DNA from: Eledone cirrhosa
Taxonomy: Eukaryota
Direction: 5' to 3'
Length of the DNA: 64,000 nt
Assembly: GCA_964016885.1 (NCBI GenBank)
Contig: OZ024740.1
Location: 412,176,001-412,240,000, forward strand
The notes under the pieces are model-generated. The model did not search any database, was not told where the DNA came from, and saw only the letters and a program-made list of their open reading frames with translations. Positions 41,301-56,300 of this stretch are shown here, piece after piece. Position 1 is the stretch's first letter, and each line of letters starts with the position of its first letter. Position numbers and translations under genes: made by a program.

Positions 41301-44300
41301 TTATGTTGTTGGTGGTGATACTGGTGGCAGTGTTAGTGATGGTGATGGTGATGATGATGTTTATGTTGTTGGTGGTGCTACTGGCGGCAGTGTTAGTGAT
41401 GGTGATGGTGATGCTGTTTATGTTCTTGGTGGTGATACTGGTGGCAGGGATAGTGATGGTGATGTTGATGATGTTTATGTTGTTGGTGGTGATACTGGTG
41501 GCAGTTTTAGTGATGGTAATGGTGATGATGTTTATGTTGTTGGTGGTGATTGTGGTGGCAGGGTTAGTGATGGTGATGCTGATGATGTTTATGTTGTTGG
41601 TGGTGATACTGGTGGCAGTGCTAGTGATGGTGATGGTGATGAAGTTTATGTTGTTGGTGGTGATACTGGTGGCAGTGTTAGTGATGGTGATGGTGTTGAT
41701 GATGTTTATGTTGTTGGTGGTGATACTGGTGGCAGTGCTAGTGATGGTGATGGTGATGAAGTTTATGTTGTTGGTGGTGATACTGGTGGCAGTGTTAGTG
41801 ATGGTGATGGTGTTGATGATGTTTATGTTGTTGGTGGTGATACTGGTGGCAGTGCTAGTGTTTGTGATGGTATTGATGAAGGTTATGTTGTTGGTGGTGA
41901 TACTGGTGGCAGTGTTAGTGTTTGTGATGGTGTTGATGAAGTTTATGTTGTTGGTGGTGATACTGGTGGCAGTGTTAGTATTTGTGATGGTGTTGATGAA
42001 GTTTATGTTGTTGGTGGTGATACTGGTGTCAGTGCTAGTGATGGTGATGGTGATGAAGTTTTTGTTGTTGGTGGTGATACTGGTGGCAGTGTTAGTGTTT
42101 GTGATGGTATTGATGAAGGTTATGTTGTTGGTGGTGATACTGGTGGCAGTGTTAGTGTTTGTGATGGTGTTGATGAAGTTTATGTTGTTGGTGGTGATAC
42201 TGGTGTCAGTGCTAGTGATGGTGATGGTGATGAAGTTTTTGTTGTTGGTGGTGATACTGGTGGCAGTGTTAGTGTTTGTGATGGTGTTGATGAAGTTTAT
42301 GTTGTTGGTGGTGATACTGGTGGCAGTGTTAGTGTTTGTGATGGTGTTGATGAAGTTTATGTTGTTGGTGGTGATACTGGTGGCAGTGTTAGTGTTTGTG
42401 ATGGTGTTGATGAAGTTTATGTTGTTGGTGGTGATACTGGTGGCAGTGTTAGTGTTTGTGATGGTGTTGATGAAGTTTATGTTGTTGGTGGTGATACTGG
42501 TGTCAGTGCTAGTGATGGTGATGGTGATGAAGTTTTTGTTGTTGGTGGTGATACTGTTGGCAGTGATGGTGATGCTGATGATATGTATGTTGTTGGTGGT
42601 GATACTGGTGGCAGTGTTAGTGTTTGTGATGGTGTTGATGAAGTTTATGTTGTTGGTGGTGATACTGGTGGCAGTGTTAGTGATGGTGATGCTGATGATG
42701 ATTTTTATGTTGTTGGTGGTGATACTGGTGGCAGTGTTAGTGATGGTGATGCTGATGGTGATGTTTATGTGTTGGTGGTGATACTGGTGGCAGTGTTAGT
42801 GATCGTGATGTTGTTGATGATGTTTATGGTTTTGATGGTGACACTGGTGGCAGTGTTAGTGATGGTAATGATGTTGATGTTTATGTTGTTGGTGGTGATA
42901 CTGGTGGCAGTGTTAGTGATGGTGATGCTGTTGATGTTTATGTTGTTGGTGGAGATACTGGTGGCAGTGCTAGTGATGGTGATGCCGCTGATGAGGTTTA
43001 TGTTGTTGGTGGTGATACTGGTGGCAGTGTTAGTGATGGTGATGCTGTTGATGATGTTTAATTTGTTGGTGGTGATACTGGTGGCAGTGTTAGTGATGGT
43101 GATGGTGTTGATGTTTATGTTGTTGGTGGTGATACTGGTGGCAGTGATGGTGATGGTGATGTTGTTGATGATGTTTATGTTGTTGGTGGTGATACTGGTG
43201 GCAGTGTTAGTGATGGTGATGTTGTTGATGATGTTTATGTTGTTGGTGGTGATACTGGTGGCAGTGCTAGTGATGGTGATGGTGTTGATGATATTTATGT
43301 TGTTGGTGGTGATACTGGTGGCAGTGTTAGTTATGGTGATGGTGTTGATGATATTTATGTTGTTGGTGGTGATACTGGTGGCAGTGTTAGTTATGGTGAT
43401 GGTGTTGATGATATTTATGTTGTTGGTGGTGATACTGGTGGCAGTGTTAGTTATGGTGATGGTGTTGATGATATTTATGTTGTTGGTGGTGATACTGGTG
43501 GCAGTGTTAGTTATGGTGATGGTGTTGATGATGTTGTTGGGAGTGATACTGGTGGCAGTGTTAGTGATGGTGATGCTGATGATGATGTTTATGTTGCTGG
43601 TGTTGATATTGGTGGCAGTGTTAGTGATGGTGATGCTGCTGATGTTTATGTTGTTGGTGGTGATACTGGTGGCAGTGTTAGTGATGGTGATGCTGATGAT
43701 GATGGTTATGTTGTTGGTGGTGATACTGGTGGCAGTGATAGTGTTGGTGATGCTGTTGATGATGTTTATGTTGTTGGTGGTCATACTGGTGTCAGTGTTA
43801 CTGATGGTGATGCTGATGATGATGTTTATGTTGTTGGTGGTGATACTGGTGGCAATGCTAGTGTTGGTGATGGTGATGATGATGTTTATGTTGTTGGTGG
43901 TGATACTGGTGTCAGTGTTAGTGTTGGTGATGCGGATCATGATGGTTATGTTGTTGGTGGTGATACTGGTGGCAGTGTTAGTGATGGTGATGCTGATGAT
44001 GATGTTTATGTTGTTGGTGGTGATACTGGTCGCAGTGTTAGTGATGGTGATGCTGATGATGATGTTTATGTTGTTGGTGGTGATACTGGTGGCAGTGTTA
44101 GTGATGGTGATGGTGTTGATGATGTTTACGTTGATGGTGTTGATACTGGTGGCAGTGTTAGTGATGGTGATGCTGATGATGATGTTTATGTTGTTGGTGG
44201 TGATAGTGGTGGCAGTGTTAGTGATGGTGATGTTGTTGATGATGTTTATGTTGTTGGTGGTGATACTGGTGGCAGTGTTAGTGATGGTGATGCTGATGAT

Positions 44301-47300
44301 GATGTTTATGTTGTTGGTGGTGATACTGGTGGCAGTGTTAGTGATGGTGATGTTGTTGATGTTATTTATGTTGTTGGTGGTGATACTGGTGGCAGTATTA
44401 GTGATGGTGATGCTGATGATGATGTTTATGTTGTTGGTGGTGATACTGGTGGCAGTGTTAGTGATGGTGATGGTGTTGATGATGTTTATGTTGTTGGTGG
44501 TGATACTGGTCGCAGTGTTAGTGATGGTGATGGGGATGATGGTGTTTATGTTGTTGGTGGTGATACTGGTGGCAGTGCTAGATGATGATGCTGATGATGA
44601 TAATTATGTTGTTGGTGGTGATACTCTGTGGCAGTGATAGTGATGGTGATGTTGTTGATGATATTTATGTTGTTGGTGGTGATACTGGTGGCAATGTTAG
44701 TGATGGTGATGCTGATGATGATGTTTATGTTGTTGGTGGTGATACTGGTGGCAGTGTTAGTGTTTGTGATGGTGTTCATGAAGTTTATGTTGTTGGTGGT
44801 GATACTGGTGGCAGTGTTAGTGTTTGTGATGGTGATGAAGTTTATGTTGTTGGTGGTGATACTGGTGGCAGTGTTAGTATTTGTGATGGTGTTGATGAAG
44901 TTTATGTTGTTGGTGGTGATACTGGTGGCTGTGTTAGTGATGGTGATGCTGATGATGATTTTTATGTTGTTGGTGGTGATACTGGTGGCAGTGTTAGTGA
45001 TGGTGATGCTGATGGTGATGTTTATGTGTGTAGTGGTGATACTGGTGGCAGTGTTAATGATCGTGATGGTGTTGATGATGTTTATGTTTTTGATGGTGAT
45101 ACTGGTGGCAGTGTTAGTGATGGTGATGCTGATGATGATGTTTATGTTGTTGGTGGTGATACTGGTGGCAGTGTTAGTGATGGTGATGCTGTTGATGTTT
45201 ATGTTGTCGTTGGTGATACTGGTGGCAGTGTTAGTGATGGTGATGCTGTTGATGATGTTTAATTTGTTGGTGGTGATACTGTTGGCAGTGATGGTGATGG
45301 TGATGCTGTTGATGATGTTTATGTTGTTGGTGGTGATACTGGTGGCAGTGATAGTGATGGTGATGTTGTTGATGATGTTTATGTTGTTGGTGGTGATACT
45401 GGTGGCAGTGTTAGTGATGGTGATGCTGATGATGCTGTTTATGTTGTTGGTGGTGATACTGGTGGCAATGCTAGTGTTGGTGATGTTTATGTTGTTTGTG
45501 GTGATACTGGTGGCAGTGTTAGTGATGGTGATGCTGATGATGATGTTTATGTTGTTGGTGGTGATACTGGTGGCAATGCTAGTGTTGATGATGTTTATGT
45601 TGTTGGTGGTGATACTGGTGGCAGTGTTAGTGATGGTGATGCTGATGATGATGTTTATGTTGTTGGTGGTGATACTGGTGGCAATGCTAGTGTTGGTGAT
45701 GCTGTTGATGATGTTTATGTTGTTTGTGGTGATACTGGTGGCAGTGTTAGTGATGGTGATGCTGATGATGATGTTTATGTTGTTGGTGGTGATACTGGTG
45801 GCAGTGTTAGTGATGGTGATGTTGTTGATGATGTTTATGTTGTTGGTGGTGATACTGGTGTCAGTGTTAGTGATGGTGATGCTGATGATGATGTTTATGT
45901 TGTTGGTGGTGATACTGGTGGCAGTGTTAGTGATGGTGATGCTGATGATGATGTTTATGTTGTTGGTGGTGATACTGGTGGCAATGCTAGTGTTGGTGAT
46001 GCTGTTGATGATGTTTATGTTGTTGGTGGTGATACTGGTGGCAGTGTTAGTGATGGTGATGCTGATGATGATGTTTATGTTGTTGGTGGTGATACTGGTG
46101 GCAGTGTTTGTGATGGTGATGCTGTTGATGATATTTATGTTGTCGGTGGTGATACTGGTGGCAGTGTTAGTGATGGTGATGCTGATGATGATGTTTATGT
46201 TGTTGGTGTTGATACTGGTGGCAGTGTTAGTGATGGTGATGCTGCCGATGTTTATGTTGTTGGTGGTGATACTGGTGGCAGTGTTAGTGATGGTGATGCT
46301 GATGATGATGTTTATGTTGTTGGTGGTGATACTGGTGTCAGTGTTAGTGATGGTGATGCTGATTATGATGTTTATGTTGTTGGTGGTGATACTGGTGGCA
46401 ATGCTAGTGTTGGTGATGCTGATGATGATGTTTATGTTGTTGGTGTTGATACTGGTGGCAGTGTTAGTGATGGTGATGCTGATGATGATGTTTATGTTGT
46501 TGGTGTTGATACTGGTGGCAGTGTTAGTGATGGTGATGCTGATGATGATGTTTATGTTGTTGGTGTTGATACTGGTGGCAGTGTTAGTGATGGTGATGCT
46601 GATGATGATGTTTATGTTGTTAGTGGTGATACTGGTGGCAGTGTTAGTGATGGTGATGCTGATGATGATGTTTATGTTGTTGGTGTTGATACTGGTGGCA
46701 GTGTTAGTGATGGTGATGCTGATGATGATGTTTATGTTGTTAGTGGTGATACTGGTGGCAGTGTTAGTGATGGTGATGCTGATGATGATGTTTATGTTGT
46801 TGGTGGTGATACTGGTGGCAGTGCTAGTGATGGTGGTGCTGATGGTGATGTTTATGTTGTTGATGGTGATACTGGTGGCAGTGCTAGATGATGATGCTGA
46901 TGATGATAATTATGTTGTTGGTGGTGATACTCTGCGGCAGTGTTAGTGATGGTGAAGCTGATGATGGTGTTTATGTTGTTGGTGGTGATACTGGTGGCAG
47001 TGTTAGTGATGGTGATGCTGATGATGATGTTTATGTTGTTGGTGGTGATACTGGTGGCAGTGCTAGTGATGGTGGTGCTGATGGTGATGTTTATGTTGTT
47101 GATGGTGATACTGGTGGCAGTGCTAGATGATGATGCTGATGATGATAATTATGTTGTTGGTGGTGATACTGGTGGCAGTGTTAGTGATGGTGATGCTGTT
47201 GATGATGTTTATGTTGTTGGTGGTGATACTGGTGTCAGTGTTAGTGATGGTGATGCTGATGATGATGTTTATGTTGTTGGTGGTGATACTGGTGGCAATG

Positions 47301-50300
47301 CTAGTGTTGGTGATGGTGATGATGATGTTTATGTTGTTGGTGATGATACTGGTGTCAGTGTTAGTGATGGTGATGCTGATGATGATGTTTATGTTGTTGG
47401 TGGTGATACTCTGTGGCAGTGATAGTGATGGTGATGCTGATGATGATGTTTATGTTGTTGGTGGTGATACTGGTGGCAGTGTTAGTGATGGTGATGCTGA
47501 TGATGATGTTTATGTTGTTGGTGGTGATACTGGTGTCAGTGTTAGTGATGGTGATGCTGATGATGATGTTTATGTTGTTGGTGGTGATACTGGTGGCAAT
47601 GCTAGTGTTGGTGATGGTGATGATGATGTTTATGTTGTTGGTGATGATACTGGTGTCAGTGTTAGTGATGGTGATGCTGATGATGATGTTTATGTTGTTG
47701 GTGGTGATACTCTGTGGCAGTGATAGTGATGGTGATGCTGATGATGATGTTTATGTTGTTGGTGGTGATACTGGTGGCAGTGTTAGTGATGGTGATGCTG
47801 ATGATGATGTTTATGTTGTTGGTGGTGATACTGGTGGCAGTGTTAGTGATGGTGATGCTGATGATGATGTTTATGTTGTTGGTGATGATACTGGTGGCAA
47901 TGCTAGTGTTGGTGATGCTGATGATGATGTTTATGTTGTTGGTGGTGATACTGGTGTCAGTGTTAGTGATGGTGATGCTGATGATGATGTTTATGTTGTT
48001 AGTGGTGATACTGGTGGCAGTGTTAGTGATGGTGATGGTGATGATGATGTTTATGTTGTTGGGGGTGATACTGGTGGCAGTGCTAGTGATGGTGGTGCTG
48101 ATGGTGATGTTTATGTTGTTGATGGTGATACTGGTGGCAGTGTTAGTGATGGTGATGCTGATGATGATGTTTATGTTGTTGATGGTGATACTGGTGGCAG
48201 TGTTAGTGATGGTGATGCTGTTGATGATGTTTATGTTGTTGATGGTGATACTGGTGGCAGTGTTAGTGATGGTGATGGTGTTGATGATGTTTATGTTGTT
48301 GGTAGTGATACTCTGCGGCAGTGTTAGTGATGGTGGTGCTGATGATGATGTTTATGTTGTTGGTGGTGATACTCTGCGGCAGTGTTAGTGATGGTGATGC
48401 TGATGATGATGTTTATGTTGTTGGTGGTGATACTGGTGGCAGTGTTAATGATGGTGATGCTGATGATGATGTTTATGTTGTTGGTGGTGAAACTGGTGGT
48501 AGTGTTAGTGATGGTGATGCTGATGATGTTTATGTTGTTGGTGGTGATACTGGTGGCAGTGTTAGTGATGGTGATGCTGATGATGATGTTTATGTTGTTG
48601 GTGGTGATACTGGTGGCAGTGTTAGTGATGGTTATTCTGATGATGATGTTTATGTTGTGGGTGGTGATACTGGTGGCAGTGTTATTGATGGTGATGCTGA
48701 TGATGATGTTTATGTTGTTGGTGGTGATACTGGTGGCAGTGTTGGTGATGGTTATGGTGATGGTGATGATGATGTTTATGTTGTTGGTGGTGATACTGGC
48801 GGCAGTGTTAGTGATGGTGATGCTGATGATATTTATGTTGTTGGTGGTGATACTAGTGGCAGTGCTAGTGATGGTGATGGCGTTGATGATGTTTATGTTG
48901 TTGGTGGTGATTCTTGTGGCATTGTTAGTGATGGTGATGCTGTTGATGTTTATGTTGTTGGTGGTGATACTGGTGGCAGTGTTAGTGATGGTGATGATGA
49001 TGTTTATGTTGTTGGTGGTGATACTGGTGGCAGTGCTAGTGATGGTGATGGTGTTGATGATGTTTATGTTGTTGGTGGTGATTCTTGTGGCATTGTTAGT
49101 GATGGTGATGCTGTTGATGTTTATGTTGTTGGTGGTGATACTGGTGGCAGTGTTAGTGATGGTGATGATGATGTTTATGTTGTTGGTGGTGATACTGGTG
49201 GCAGTGCTAGTGATGGTGATGGTGTTGATGATGTTTATGTTGTTGGTGGTGATACTGGTGGCAGTGTTAGTGATGGTGATGATGATGTTTATGTTGTTGG
49301 GAGTGATACTGGTGGCAGTGCTAGATGATGATGCTGATGATGATAATTATGTTGTTGGTGGTGATACTCTGCGGCAGTGTTAGTGATGGTGATGCTTATG
49401 ATGATGTTTATGTTGTTGGTGATGATACACTGTGGCAGTGATAGTGATGGTGATGTTGTTGATGATATTTATGTTGTTGGTGGTGATACTGGTGGCAGTG
49501 TTAGTGATGGTGATGCTGATGATGATGTTTATGTTGTTGGTGGTGATACTGGTGGCAGTGTTAATGATGGTGATGCTGATGATGATGTTTATGTTGTTGG
49601 TGGTGAAACTGGTGGTAGTGTTAGTGATGGTGATGCTGATGATGTTTATGTTGTTGGTGGTGATACTGGTGGCAGTGTTAGTGATGGTGATGGTGTTGAT
49701 GATGTTTATGTTGTTGGTGGTTATACTGGTGGCAGTGCTAATGATGGTGATGTTGTTGATGATGTTTATGTTGTTGGTGGTGATACTGGTGGCAGTGCTA
49801 GTGATGGTGATGGTGTTGATGATTTTTATGTTGTTGGTGGTGATACTGGTGGCAGTCTTAGTGATGGTGATGGTGTTTATGATGTTTATGTTGTTGGTGG
49901 TGATACTGGTGGCAGTGCTAGTGATGGTGATGCTGTTGATGATATTTATGTTGTTGGTGGTGATACTGGTGGCAGTGTTAGTGATGGTGATGGTGTTTAT
50001 GATGTTTATGTTGTTGGTGGTGATACTCGTGGCAGTGCTAGTGATGGTGGTGCTGTTGACGATATTTATGTTGTTGGTGGTGATACTGGTGGCAGTGTTA
50101 GTGATGGGGATGCTGTTGTTGGTGGTGATACTGGTCGCAGTGTTAGTGATGGTGATGGTGTTTATGATGTTTATGTTGTTGGTGGTGATACTGGTGGCAG
50201 TGCTAGTGATGGTGGTGCTGTTGATGATATTTCTGTTGTTGGTGGTGATACTGGTGGCAGTGTTAGTGATGGTGATGCTGTTGATGATATTTATGTTGTT

Positions 50301-53300
50301 GGTGGTGATACTGGTGGCAGTGTTAGTGATGGTGATGCTGTTGATGATATTTATGTTGTTGGTAGTGATACTGGTCGCAGTGTTAGTGATGGTGATGGTG
50401 TTTATGATGTTTATGTTGTTGGTGGTGATACTGGTGGCAGTGCTAATGATGGTGATGTTGTTGATGATGTTTATGTTGTTGGTGGTGATACGGGTGGCAG
50501 TGCTAGTGATGGTGATGGTGTGTATGATGTTTATGTTTTTGGTGGTGATACTGGTGGCAGTGCTAGTGATGGTGGTGCTGTTGATGATATTTATGGTGTT
50601 GGTGGTGATACTGGTGGCAGTGCTAGTGATGGTGGTGCTGATGGTGATGTTTATGTTGTTGATGGTGATACTGGTGGCAGTGTTAGTGATGGTGATGCTG
50701 ATGATGATGTTTATGTTGTTGATGGTGATACTGGTGGCAGTGTTAGTGATGGTGATGCTGTTGATGATGTTTATGTTGTTGATGGTGATACTGGTGGCAG
50801 TGTTAGTGATGGTGATGGTGTTGATGATGTTTATGTTGTTGGTAGTGATACTCTGCGGCAGTGTTAGTGATGGTGGTGCTGATGATGATGTTTATGTTGT
50901 TGGTGGTGATACTCTGCGGCAGTGTTAGTGATGGTGATGCTGATGATGATGTTTATGTTGTTGGTGGTGATACTGGTGGCAGTGTTAATGATGGTGATGC
51001 TGATGATGATGTTTATGTTGTTGGTGGTGAAACTGGTGGTAGTGTTAGTGATGGTGATGCTGATGATGTTTATGTTGTTGGTGGTGATACTGGTGGCAGT
51101 GTTAGTGATGGTGATGCTGATGATGATGTTTATGTTGTTGGTGGGTGATACTGGTGGCAGTGTTAGTGATGGTTATTCTGATGATGATGTTTATGTTGTG
51201 GGTGGTGATACTGGTGGCAGTGTTATTGATGGTGATGCTGATGATGATGTTTATGTTGTTGGTGGTGATACTGGTGGCAGTGTTGGTGATGGTTATGGTG
51301 ATGGTGATGATGATGTTTATGTTGTTGGTGGTGATACTGGCGGCAGTGTTAGTGATGGTGATGCTGATGATATTTATGTTGTTGGTGGTGATACTAGTGG
51401 CAGTGCTAGTGATGGTGATGGCGTTGATGATGTTTATGTTGTTGGTGGTGATTCTTGTGGCATTGTTAGTGATGGTGATGCTGTTGATGTTTATGTTGTT
51501 GGTGGTGATACTGGTGGCAGTGTTAGTGATGGTGATGATGATGTTTATGTTGTTGGTGGTGATACTGGTGGCAGTGCTAGTGATGGTGATGGTGTTGATG
51601 ATGTTTATGTTGTTGGTGGTGATTCTTGTGGCATTGTTAGTGATGGTGATGCTGTTGATGTTTATGTTGTTGGTGGTGATACTGGTGGCAGTGTTAGTGA
51701 TGGTGATGATGATGTTTATGTTGTTGGTGGTGATACTGGTGGCAGTGCTAGTGATGGTGATGGTGTTGATGATGTTTATGTTGTTGGTGGTGATACTGGT
51801 GGCAGTGTTAGTGATGGTGATGATGATGTTTATGTTGTTGGGAGTGATACTGGTGGCAGTGCTAGATGATGATGCTGATGATGATAATTATGTTGTTGGT
51901 GGTGATACTCTGCGGCAGTGTTAGTGATGGTGATGCTTATGATGATGTTTATGTTGTTGGTGGTGATACACTGTGGCAGTGATAGTGATGGTGATGTTGT
52001 TGATGATATTTATGTTGTTGGTGGTGATACTGGTGGCAGTGTTAGTGATGGTGATGCTGATGATGATGTTTATGTTGTTGGTGGTGATACTGGTGGCAGT
52101 GTTAATGATGGTGATGCTGATGATGATGTTTATGTTGTTGGTGGTGAAACTGGTGGTAGTGTTAGTGATGGTGATGCTGATGATGTTTATGTTGTTGGTG
52201 GTGATACTGGTGGCAGTGTTAGTGATGGTGATGGTGTTGATGATGTTTATGTTGTTGGTGGTTATACTGGTGGCAGTGCTAATGATGGTGATGTTGTTGA
52301 TGATGTTTATGTTGTTGGTGGTGATACTGGTGGCAGTGCTAGTGATGGTGATGGTGTTGATGATTTTTATGTTGTTGGTGGTGATACTGGTGGCAGTGTT
52401 AGTGATGGTGATGGTGTTTATGATGTTTATGTTGTTGGTGGTGATACTGGTGGCAGTGCTAGTGATGGTGATGCTGTTGATGATATTTATGTTGTTGGTG
52501 GTGATACTGGTGGCAGTGTTAGTGATGGTGATGGTGTTTATGATGTTTATGTTGTTGGTGGTGATACTCGTGGCAGTGCTAGTGATGGTGGTGCTGTTGA
52601 CGATATTTATGTTGTTGGTGGTGATACTGGTGGCAGTGTTAGTGATGGGGATGCTGTTGTTGGTGGTGATACTGGTCGCAGTGTTAGTGATGGTGATGGT
52701 GTTTATGATGTTTATGTTGTTGGTGGTGATACTGGTGGCAGTGCTAGTGATGGTGGTGCTGTTGATGATATTTCTGTTGTTGGTGGTGATACTGGTGGCA
52801 GTGTTAGTGATGGTGATGCTGTTGATGATATTTATGTTGTTGGTGGTGATACTGGTGGCAGTGTTAGTGATGGTGATGCTGTTGATGATATTTATGTTGT
52901 TGGTAGTGATACTGGTCGCAGTGTTAGTGATGGTGATGGTGTTTATGATGTTTATGTTGTTGGTGGTGATACTGGTGGCAGTGCTAATGATGGTGATGTT
53001 GTTGATGATGTTTATGTTGTTGGTGGTGATACGGGTGGCAGTGCTAGTGATGGTGATGGTGTGTATGATGTTTATGTTGTTGGTGGTGATACTGGTGGCA
53101 GTGCTAGTGATGGTGGTGCTGTTGATGATATTTATGTTGTTGGTGGTGATACTGGTGGCAGTGTTAGTGATGGTGATGCTGTTGATGATATTTATGTTGT
53201 TGGTGGTGATACTGGTGGCAGTGTTAGTGATGGTGATGCTGTTGATGATATTTATGTTGTTGGTGGTGATACTGGTGGCAGTGTTAGTGATGGTGATGCT

Positions 53301-56300
53301 GTTGATGATATTTATGTTGTTGGTGGTGATACTGGTGGCAGTGTTAGTGATGGTGATGGTGTTTATGATGTTTATGTTGTTGGTGGTGATACTGGTGGCA
53401 GTGCTAGTGATGGTGGTGCTGTTGATGATATTTATTTTGTTGGTGGTGATACTGGTGGCAGTGTTAGTGATGGTGATGCTGTTGATGATATTTATGTTGT
53501 TGGTGGTGATACTGGTGGCAGTGCTAGTGATGGTGATGCTGTTGATGATATTTATGTTGTTGGTGGTGATACTGGTGGCAGTGTTAGTGATGGTGATGGT
53601 GTTTATGATGTTTATGTTGTTGGTGGTGATACTGGTGGCAGTGCTAGTGATGGTGGTGCTGTTGATGATATTTATTTTGTTGGTGGTGATACTGGTGGCA
53701 GTGTTAGTGATGGTGATGCTGTTGATGATATTTATGTTGTTGGTGGTGATACTGGTGGCAGTGCTAGTGATGGTGATGCTGTTGATGATATTTATGTTGT
53801 TGGTGGTGATACTGGTGGCAGTGTTAGTGATGGTGATGGTGTTTATGATGTTTATGTTGTTGGTGGTGATACTGGTGGCAGTGCTAGTGATGGTGATGCT
53901 GTTGATGATATTTATGTTGTTGGTGGTGATACTGGTGGCAGTGCTAGTGATGGTGGTGCTGTTGATGATATTTATGTTGTTGGTGGTGATACTGGTGGCA
54001 GTGTTAGTGATGGTGATGGTGTTTATGATGTTTATGTTGTTGGTGGTGATACTGGTGGCAGTGCTAGTGATGGTGATGCTGTTGATGATATTTATGTTGT
54101 TGGTGGTGATACTGGTGGCAGTGCTAGTGATGGTGGTGCTGTTGATGATATTTATGTTGTTGGTGGTGATACTGGTGGCAGTGCTAGTGATGGTGGTGCT
54201 GTTGATGATATTTATGTTGTTGGTGGTGATACTGGTGGCAGTGCTAGTGATGGTGGTGCTGTTGATGATATTTATGTTGTTGGTGGTGATACTGGTGGCA
54301 GTGTTAGTGATGGTGATGCTGTTGATGATATTTATGTTGTTGGTGGTGATACTGGTGGCAGTGTTAGTGATGGTGATGGTGTTTATGATGTTTATGTTGT
54401 TGGTGGTGATACTGGTGGCAGTGCTAGTGATGGTGGTGCTGTTGATGATATTTATGTTGTTGGTGGTGATACTCTGCGGCAGTGTTAGTGATGGTGATGC
54501 TGATGATGATGTTTATGTTGTTGGTGGTGATACTCTGTGGCAGTGATAGTGATGGTGATGTTGTTGATGTTTATGTTGTTGATGGTGATACTGGTGGCAG
54601 TGCTAGTGATGGTGGTGCTGATGGTGATGTTTATGTTGTTGGTGGTGATACTGGTGGCAGTGCTAGATGATGATGCTGATGATGATAATTATGTTGTTGG
54701 TGGTGATACTGGTGGCAGTGTTAGGGATGGTGATGCTGATGATGATGTTTATGTTGTTGGTGGTGATACTGGTGGCAGTGCTAGATGATGATGCTGATGA
54801 TGATAATTATGTTGTTGGTGGTGATACTGGTGGCAGTGTTAGGGATGGTGATGCTGATGATGATGTTTATGTTGTTGGTAGTGATACTGGTAGCAGTGTT
54901 AATGATGGTGATGCTGTTGATGATGTTTATGTTGTTGGTGGTGATACTGGTGGCAGTGTTAGTGATGGCGATGCTGATGATGTTTATGTTGTTGGTGGTG
55001 ATACTGCTGGCAGTGTTATTGATGGTGATGCTGATGATGATGTTTATGTTGTTGGTGGTGATACTGGTGGCAGTGTTATTGATGGTGATGGTGATGATGA
55101 TGTTTATGTTGTTGGTGGTGATACTGGTGGCAGTGCTAGTGATGGTGGTGCTGTTGATGATATCTATGTTGTTGGTGGTGATACTGGTGGCAGTGTTAGT
55201 AATGGTGATGCTGATGATATTTATGTTGTTGGTGGTGATACTGGTGGCAGTGCTAGTGATGGTGATGGCGTTGATGATGTTTATGTTGTTGGTGGTGATA
55301 CTGGTGGCAGTGTTAGTGATGGTTATTCTGATGATGATGTTTATGTTGTTGGTGGTGATACTGGTGGCAGTGTTAGTGATGGTGATGCTGATGATGATGT
55401 TTATGTTGTTGGTGGTGATACTGGTGGCAGTGTTAGTGATGGTGATGATGATGTTTATGTTGTTCGGAGTGATACTGGTGGCAGTGTTAGTGCTGGTGAT
55501 GCTGATGATGATGTTTATGTTGTTGGTGGTGATACTGGTGGAGGTGCTAGTGATGGTGATGCTGATGATGATGTTTATGTTGTTGGTGGTGATATTGGTG
55601 GCAGTGTTAGTGATGGTGATGTTGTTGATGATGTTTATGTTGTTGGTGGTGATACTGGGGGCAGTGTTAGTGATGGTGATGGTGTTGATGATGTTTATGT
55701 TGTTGGTGGTTATACTGGTGGCAGTGCTAATGATGGTGATGTTGTTGATGATGTTTATGTTGTTGGTGGTGATACTGGTGGCAGTGCTAGTGATGATGAT
55801 GGTGTTGATGATATTTATGTTGTTGGTGGTGATACTGGTGGCAGTGCTAGTGATGGTGGTGCTGTTGATGATATTTATGTCGTTGGTCGTGATACTGGTG
55901 TCAGTGCTAGTGATGGTGGTGCTGTTGATGATATTTATGTTGTTGGTCGTGATACTGGTGGCAGTGCTAGTGATGGTGGTGCTGTTGATGATATTTATGT
56001 TGTTGGTCGTGATACTGGTGGCCGTGCTAGTGATGGTGGTGCTGTTGATGATATTTATGTCGTTGGTCGTGATACTGGTGTCAGTGCTAGTGATGGTGAT
56101 GGTGATGAAGTTTATGTTGTTGGTGGTGATACTGGTGGCAGTGTTAGTGTTTGTGATGGTGATGATGTTTATGTTGTTGGTGGTGATACTGGTGGCAGTG
56201 ATGGTGATGCTGATGATATTTATGTTGTTGGTGGTGATACTGGTGGCAGTGCTAGTGATGGTGATGGTGATGAAGTTTATGTTGTTGCTGGTGATACTGG